A stretch of DNA of 62,980 nucleotides from an uncultured bacterium (GTDB lineage Bacteria; Gemmatimonadota; Gemmatimonadetes; Gemmatimonadales; GWC2-71-9). The stretch covers positions 1 to 62,980 of the forward strand of contig CBFHAJ010000001.1 in the NCBI GenBank assembly GCA_965653495.1. The letters run 5' to 3'. Every line of letters starts with the position of its first letter. Within the stretch, counting starts at the first letter, position 1. Of the stretch, positions 59,222 through 62,980 are shown piece after piece. The notes beneath the pieces were generated by a model, which saw only the letters and a list, made by a program, of their open reading frames with translations, was not told the origin of the DNA and made no database searches. Position numbers and translations under genes: made by a program.

Positions 59222-62176
59222 ATGGCCTCGCTGACTATCAACGGCCGTAGCATCACCGCCGATCCCGATCAAACGATCCTCGACGCCGCCCGCGCGGCCG
59301 GGATCGCCGACATCCCCACGCTGTGCTGGTACCCGAAACTGCCGATCGTCGGGAACTGCCGCATTTGCCTCGTCTCGGTCGAGGGCCAGCCGAAACTGCT
59401 CCCGGCGTGCGCCACCAAGGTGGCCGACGGGATGGTGGTGCAGACCGAGTCGCACGCGGCGGTCGAGAACCGCAAGGGCGTGCTGCGACTGCTGCTGGAG
59501 CGCTATCCAGGGGATCACCTGCGCAATGGCGGCCGGGCGACGCCACGCAACGAGTTCGAGCGATACGTAGTGCGCTACGGGGTCGTCCCCACGGGGGTGG
59601 GCGACCGCGATCTGGCGCTGCGCCACGGCGACGAGCGGCCGGGCGATCCCATGATCCGCCACGACATGAGCACCTGCATCCTGTGTACGCGCTGCGTGCG
59701 CGCGTGCGAGGACATCCAGGTGGTCGGCGTGCTGGACGTGGCGCAGCGCGGCGAGCACGCCGAGATCATCGTCGGCGCCGACGGCGATCCCGACAAGGCC
59801 GGCTGCACGTGGTGCGGGGAGTGCGTCCGCGTGTGCCCCACGGGCGCAATCTTCGAGGTGATGCCCCAGGAGCGGTTCGCGCCGGAGCAGATCCTCCACC
59901 CCGACAAGACCATCCGCTCGGTTTGCCCGTACTGCGGCGTCGGCTGTCAGGTGGACCTGCACGTGGCCGACAGCAAGGTCATCCGGGTCACGTCTCCCGA
60001 CATCGAGCTGAACACGCCGAACCAGGGCTCCACCTGCGTGAAGGGCCGGTTCGGCTACGATTTTCCCCAACATCGCGATCGCCTCACCAAGCCGCTGATC
60101 CGCCGGGGCTGGATCAAGGATGGCGACCGCTGGGCGTGGCGCGGTCCCACCGGACCGACGCGCCGCGGCGGCCCCTGGCAGACGATCGAGGGCGAGGGCC
60201 AGCGGCCCAAGCCCGCCGGACCGCCCCGCGCCGTCGGCAAGGCCGTGCGCGACCTGCCGCTGCTCGAGCGGCTCGACATGGACATCCGCGATCGGGTGGC
60301 CACGCCGCCCGCGTGGTACGAGCCGTTCCGGGAAGCCACTTGGGAAGAGGCGCTGGAGCTCACCAGCCAGGAGCTGCTGCGGATCAAGCGGGAGCGCGGC
60401 GGCGATGCGCTGGCGTGCTTCTCATCGGCGAAGTGCTCCAACGAAGAGAACTACCTCATCATGCGGATGTTCCGCGCCGGGCTCGGCACCAACAACATCG
60501 ACCACTGCACGCGGCTGTGTCACTCGACGTCGGTCGCGGCGATGCAGCGGGCGCTGAACACCTCGGCCGCCTCGGGCTCGATGCGCGAGGTGGAGCACGC
60601 GACCGACGTCATTTTCATCGCGGGCGCGAACACCACCGAGTCGCACCCCGTGTTCGGGGCGGCGATCAAGCGGGCGCACGAGCGTGGCGCCACCCTCATA
60701 GTGGCGGATCCGCGCCGCACCGAGCTCGCGGGGCGGGCCGACCTGCACCTGCAGATGCTGCCCGGCACCGACGTGGCGCTGTTCAACGCGATGCTCAACC
60801 ACATCATCGCGCAGGGGCTCGAGAACAAGCCATTCATCGCCGCGCGCATGCACGACTTCGACAAGGTGCGCCGGTCGGTCCAGGCCATGACGCCGGAGGT
60901 CGCCTCCAAGATCACCGGTGTCCCGGCCGACGCCATTCGGCATGCGGCCGAGGTGTACGCGCACGGGCCGAACACCAGCACGTTGTGGGCGATGGGCCTC
61001 ACCCAGCACGCCAACGGCACCGACCTCGTCACCGCGCTCCTCAACCTGATGCTCGCCTGTGGCATGATCGGACGCTGGGGCGCAGCCATGATGCCGGTCC
61101 GCGGCCAGAACAACGTGCAGGGCGCCTCCGATGTCGGCGCGATCCCGTTCGTGTACACGGACTACCGGTCCGTCAAAGACCTCGCGATCCGCGCGGAGTA
61201 CGCCACGGCATGGGGCGTGCCCCCTGAGTCCCTCTCCCTCAGGGAGGGGCTCATGGTGACGGAGATCGTCAAAGAAGAGAGCGGCGTGCGCGGCATGTAC
61301 ATCATGGGCGAGAATCCGATCATTTCGGACCCCGACATCGCGCATGCCGAGCACTGGTTCCAGGAGCTCGAGTTCCTGGTGGTGCACGACCTGTTTCTCA
61401 CCGAGACCGCCCGCTACGCCGACGTGGTCCTCCCGGGGTCGAGCTTCGCCGAGAAGACCGGAACGTTCGTGAACACGGAGCGCCGCATTCAGCTCGCCCA
61501 CCAGGCGGTCGCGCTGCCCGGGGACGCGCGCGGCGACCTCAACATTCTCATCGATCTCTCGCGCCGGCTCGGTCTGCCGACCCCGTTCACGACCGCCGAA
61601 GACGTAGCGCGCGAAGTCTACCAGGTGACGCCCTCGTGGCGCGGGGTGACCTACCAGCGGCTCGAGGGCGCCGGCCTGCAGTATCCCGTGCCCACGCTCG
61701 ACTCCCCCGGTACATCGTTCCTGTTCGACGAGCACTTCCCGACCGCCGATGGCAAGGGCGTGTTCGTGCCGGTGGAGTACGCGCCTCCCGTTGAGCTGCC
61801 CGACGAGGAGTTTCCGTTCGTCATGAACACCGGGCGCCAGCTGTACCACTGGCACACGGGGACCATGACCCGCCGCGCCTCGGGCCTCGATCAGCGCGAG
61901 CCCACGCCGGTCGTGGAGATCCATCCCGCCGACGCGGCGCAGCTCGGGCTCGAAGACGGGGATCTGGTGCGGCTTACCTCGCGGCGCAACTCGATGGTGA
62001 GCTCGTGTCGCATCTCGGAGCGCGTGGCCCGGGGCCAGGTGTTCGTGCCGTTTCATTTCCGCGAGGCGGCCGCGAACCTGCTCACCAATCCGGTGCTCGA
62101 TCCGTACGCGAAAATGGCGGAGCTCAAGTGTTGCGCCGTGCGTGTTGAGCCGGCGATGGTAGGAGTGAGGGACTAG
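59222..62176 (+). CDS. Molybdopterin-dependent formate dehydrogenase alpha-like subunit with a fused N-terminal 2Fe-2S/4Fe-4S module (Cys type)
   Basis: 984 aa. 2Fe-2S region (..CWYPKLPIVGNCRICLV..PACAT..), ferredoxin-type 4Fe-4S motifs (CILCTRCVRAC, CTWCGECVRVCP), MopB 4Fe-4S (CPYCGVGC..C), active-site ..IDHCTRLCHSTSVAAM.. (Cys at the Sec/Cys position) and a C-terminal ..HTGTMTRR.. / ..E.K.CAVRVE.. region. Confidence 0.9.
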   Translation: MASLTINGRSITADPDQTILDAARAAGIADIPTLCWYPKLPIVGNCRICLVSVEGQPKLLPACATKVADGMVVQTESHAAVENRKGVLRLLLERYPGDHLRNGGRATPRNEFERYVVRYGVVPTGVGDRDLALRHGDERPGDPMIRHDMSTCILCTRCVRACEDIQVVGVLDVAQRGEHAEIIVGADGDPDKAGCTWCGECVRVCPTGAIFEVMPQERFAPEQILHPDKTIRSVCPYCGVGCQVDLHVADSKVIRVTSPDIELNTPNQGSTCVKGRFGYDFPQHRDRLTKPLIRRGWIKDGDRWAWRGPTGPTRRGGPWQTIEGEGQRPKPAGPPRAVGKAVRDLPLLERLDMDIRDRVATPPAWYEPFREATWEEALELTSQELLRIKRERGGDALACFSSAKCSNEENYLIMRMFRAGLGTNNIDHCTRLCHSTSVAAMQRALNTSAASGSMREVEHATDVIFIAGANTTESHPVFGAAIKRAHERGATLIVADPRRTELAGRADLHLQMLPGTDVALFNAMLNHIIAQGLENKPFIAARMHDFDKVRRSVQAMTPEVASKITGVPADAIRHAAEVYAHGPNTSTLWAMGLTQHANGTDLVTALLNLMLACGMIGRWGAAMMPVRGQNNVQGASDVGAIPFVYTDYRSVKDLAIRAEYATAWGVPPESLSLREGLMVTEIVKEESGVRGMYIMGENPIISDPDIAHAEHWFQELEFLVVHDLFLTETARYADVVLPGSSFAEKTGTFVNTERRIQLAHQAVALPGDARGDLNILIDLSRRLGLPTPFTTAEDVAREVYQVTPSWRGVTYQRLEGAGLQYPVPTLDSPGTSFLFDEHFPTADGKGVFVPVEYAPPVELPDEEFPFVMNTGRQLYHWHTGTMTRRASGLDQREPTPVVEIHPADAAQLGLEDGDLVRLTSRRNSMVSSCRISERVARGQVFVPFHFREAAANLLTNPVLDPYAKMAELKCCAVRVEPAMVGVRD

Positions 62177-62192
62177 GGGCCCGTAGCCCCCA

Positions 62193-62980
62193 ATGGACCT
62201 CGGTCTCGCGGGCCGCGTCGCGCTGGTGTGCGGCAGCACCAAGGGGCTGGGACGCGCCGTCGCGAAGCTGTTGGCCCAGGAAGGCGCCCGGGTGGCGGTC
62301 AATGGACGCCATGAAGGCGCCGTCGAGCGCGCGGCCGAGCAGCTGACGGCGGAGACCGGCCAGCGCGTGACGCCGTGCGTCGCCGACGTCGGCGTGCCGG
62401 CCCAGGCCGAAGCGCTGGTGGAGCGCGTGCACCATGAGCTCGGCCGGCTGGACGTGCTGTTCTGCAACGCCAGCGGGCCGCCCGCCGCCCCGTTCAGCCA
62501 TCAGTCCGGCGACGCGTTCCAGCGCGCCGTGGAGTTGAATCTCCTTTCCGCGGTGCACCTCTGCCGGGCCGCGGTCCCCATCATGCGCAAGCTTCAATGG
62601 GGCCGGATCATCTGCCTCGCGTCGGTCGCCGCCAAGCAGCCGCTGCCCGGGCTGATCCTGTCGACCACGGCGCGCGCGGGGGTGCTCGGGTTCGCCAAGG
62701 CGCTGGCCGACGAGGTCGCGGCCGAGGGCATCACCGTCAACGTGGTGTGTCCCGGATTCATCAGCACCGAGCGGATCACCGAGCTCACCGACACGCGCGC
62801 CAAGCGCGAGCAGCGGGCGTCTCAGGAAGTGATGCGTGAGATGGTGTCCGGCATCCCGCTCGGCCGCATGGGTCGCACCGATGAGCTCGCGGCCGCGGTC
62901 GCGTTCCTCGCGTCGGAGCGGGCCAGTTATATTACCGGCGCCGCGCTCCAGGTGGACGGAGGGTTCACGCGGTCCATCTT
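62193..62980 (+). CDS. SDR-family oxidoreductase (FabG-like), 3'-truncated by the window edge
   Basis: Manual translation from the ATG at 62193: MDLGLAGRVALVCGSTKGLGRAVAKLLAQEGARV.. (TGxxxGxG variant), ..NASGPP.., ..LASVAAKQP..TARAGVLGFAKAL.. and ..ASYITGAALQVDGG... It is not in the ORF track because it has no stop in the window. Confidence 0.85.
   Translation, partial: MDLGLAGRVALVCGSTKGLGRAVAKLLAQEGARVAVNGRHEGAVERAAEQLTAETGQRVTPCVADVGVPAQAEALVERVHHELGRLDVLFCNASGPPAAPFSHQSGDAFQRAVELNLLSAVHLCRAAVPIMRKLQWGRIICLASVAAKQPLPGLILSTTARAGVLGFAKALADEVAAEGITVNVVCPGFISTERITELTDTRAKREQRASQEVMREMVSGIPLGRMGRTDELAAAVAFLASERASYITGAALQVDGGFTRSI

Noticed and set aside
59222-62176. Selenocysteine (in-frame TGA plus SECIS) in the formate-dehydrogenase-like gene.
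   Set aside because: The ORF is uninterrupted, and the catalytic position is encoded by TGC (Cys) in ..TRLCHS...
1-62980. CRISPR arrays, rRNA genes, intact IS elements, transposases or integrases, and toxin-antitoxin pairs.
   Set aside because: No regularly spaced direct repeats with unique spacers were seen. There are no rRNA-like conserved stretches. No DDE, HUH or tyrosine-recombinase catalytic motifs occur in any intact ORF. No small adjacent ORF pairs show recognisable TA motifs.

Overview
This is a 62,980-bp high-GC bacterial chromosomal segment. The gene content looks like a Gemmatimonadota- or Acidobacteriota-type Gram-negative: a PEGA-domain Ser/Thr kinase, Big_2/PPC lipoproteins, many beta-barrel OMPs, and a Rho-RuvX-MltG core block. 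That taxonomy is inference only. I call about 60 protein genes and two tRNAs (Pro-CGG, Arg-CCG). I found no rRNA, no CRISPR array and no intact integrase or transposase. Many long ORFs in the supplied track are GC-driven antisense shadows or 5' over-extensions. I trimmed starts using signal peptides, RBS-like sequences and 4-nt GTGA/ATGA stop-start overlaps, which occur at no fewer than 15 junctions and define tightly coupled operons. Layout from left to right:

(1) 1-5350: a redox/stress block. It holds a GAF sensor, a CBS protein, a radical-SAM/SPASM enzyme, a YtfJ/GerW protein, a fused monoheme cytochrome-porin plus a soluble cytochrome c, and a tandem USP.

(2) 5375-19445: an accessory tRNA hot spot. 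It starts with a visibly lower-GC pair (secreted protein plus Kelch propeller) that ends in an excisionase-like remnant and a foreign tRNA 3' fragment. Next comes tRNA-Pro, whose 3' 33 nt are repeated 10.6 kb downstream. The bracketed segment carries an AraC regulator, an S9 peptidase and a five-gene phosphorelay operon, with two copies of a roughly 140-bp repeat that may be integrase-tail debris.

(3) 19472-28809: miscellaneous envelope and periplasmic genes.

(4) 28724-36690: a divergent synthase-dependent exopolysaccharide locus. One arm runs TPR/beta-barrel OMP, pseudo-Hpt-REC, HEAT protein, processive GT2. The other arm is a six-hairpin-like hydrolase and a CE4 deacetylase.

(5) queE-queC and queF.

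(6) 38487-43336: a Ser/Thr-kinase envelope operon.

(7) 43362-50208: a MoxR-DUF58-DUF4350-DUF4129-membrane protein operon, divergent from an RDD-SpoIIM fusion.

(8) 50314-50787: a two-gene cassette with a free-standing histidine-kinase DHp mini-protein.

(9) Housekeeping block: M50 protease, rho, ruvX, mltG, thiE, aroH, an RlmI-like gene and a CDF transporter.

(10) A Cys-type molybdopterin formate-dehydrogenase-like gene behind a highly structured leader, followed by a partial SDR.

A recurring non-coding theme is long imperfect palindromes whose arms are built from short tandem units, located at gene boundaries. One of them sits in frame inside mltG. All functional calls come from motif recognition by eye. 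No database search was possible.
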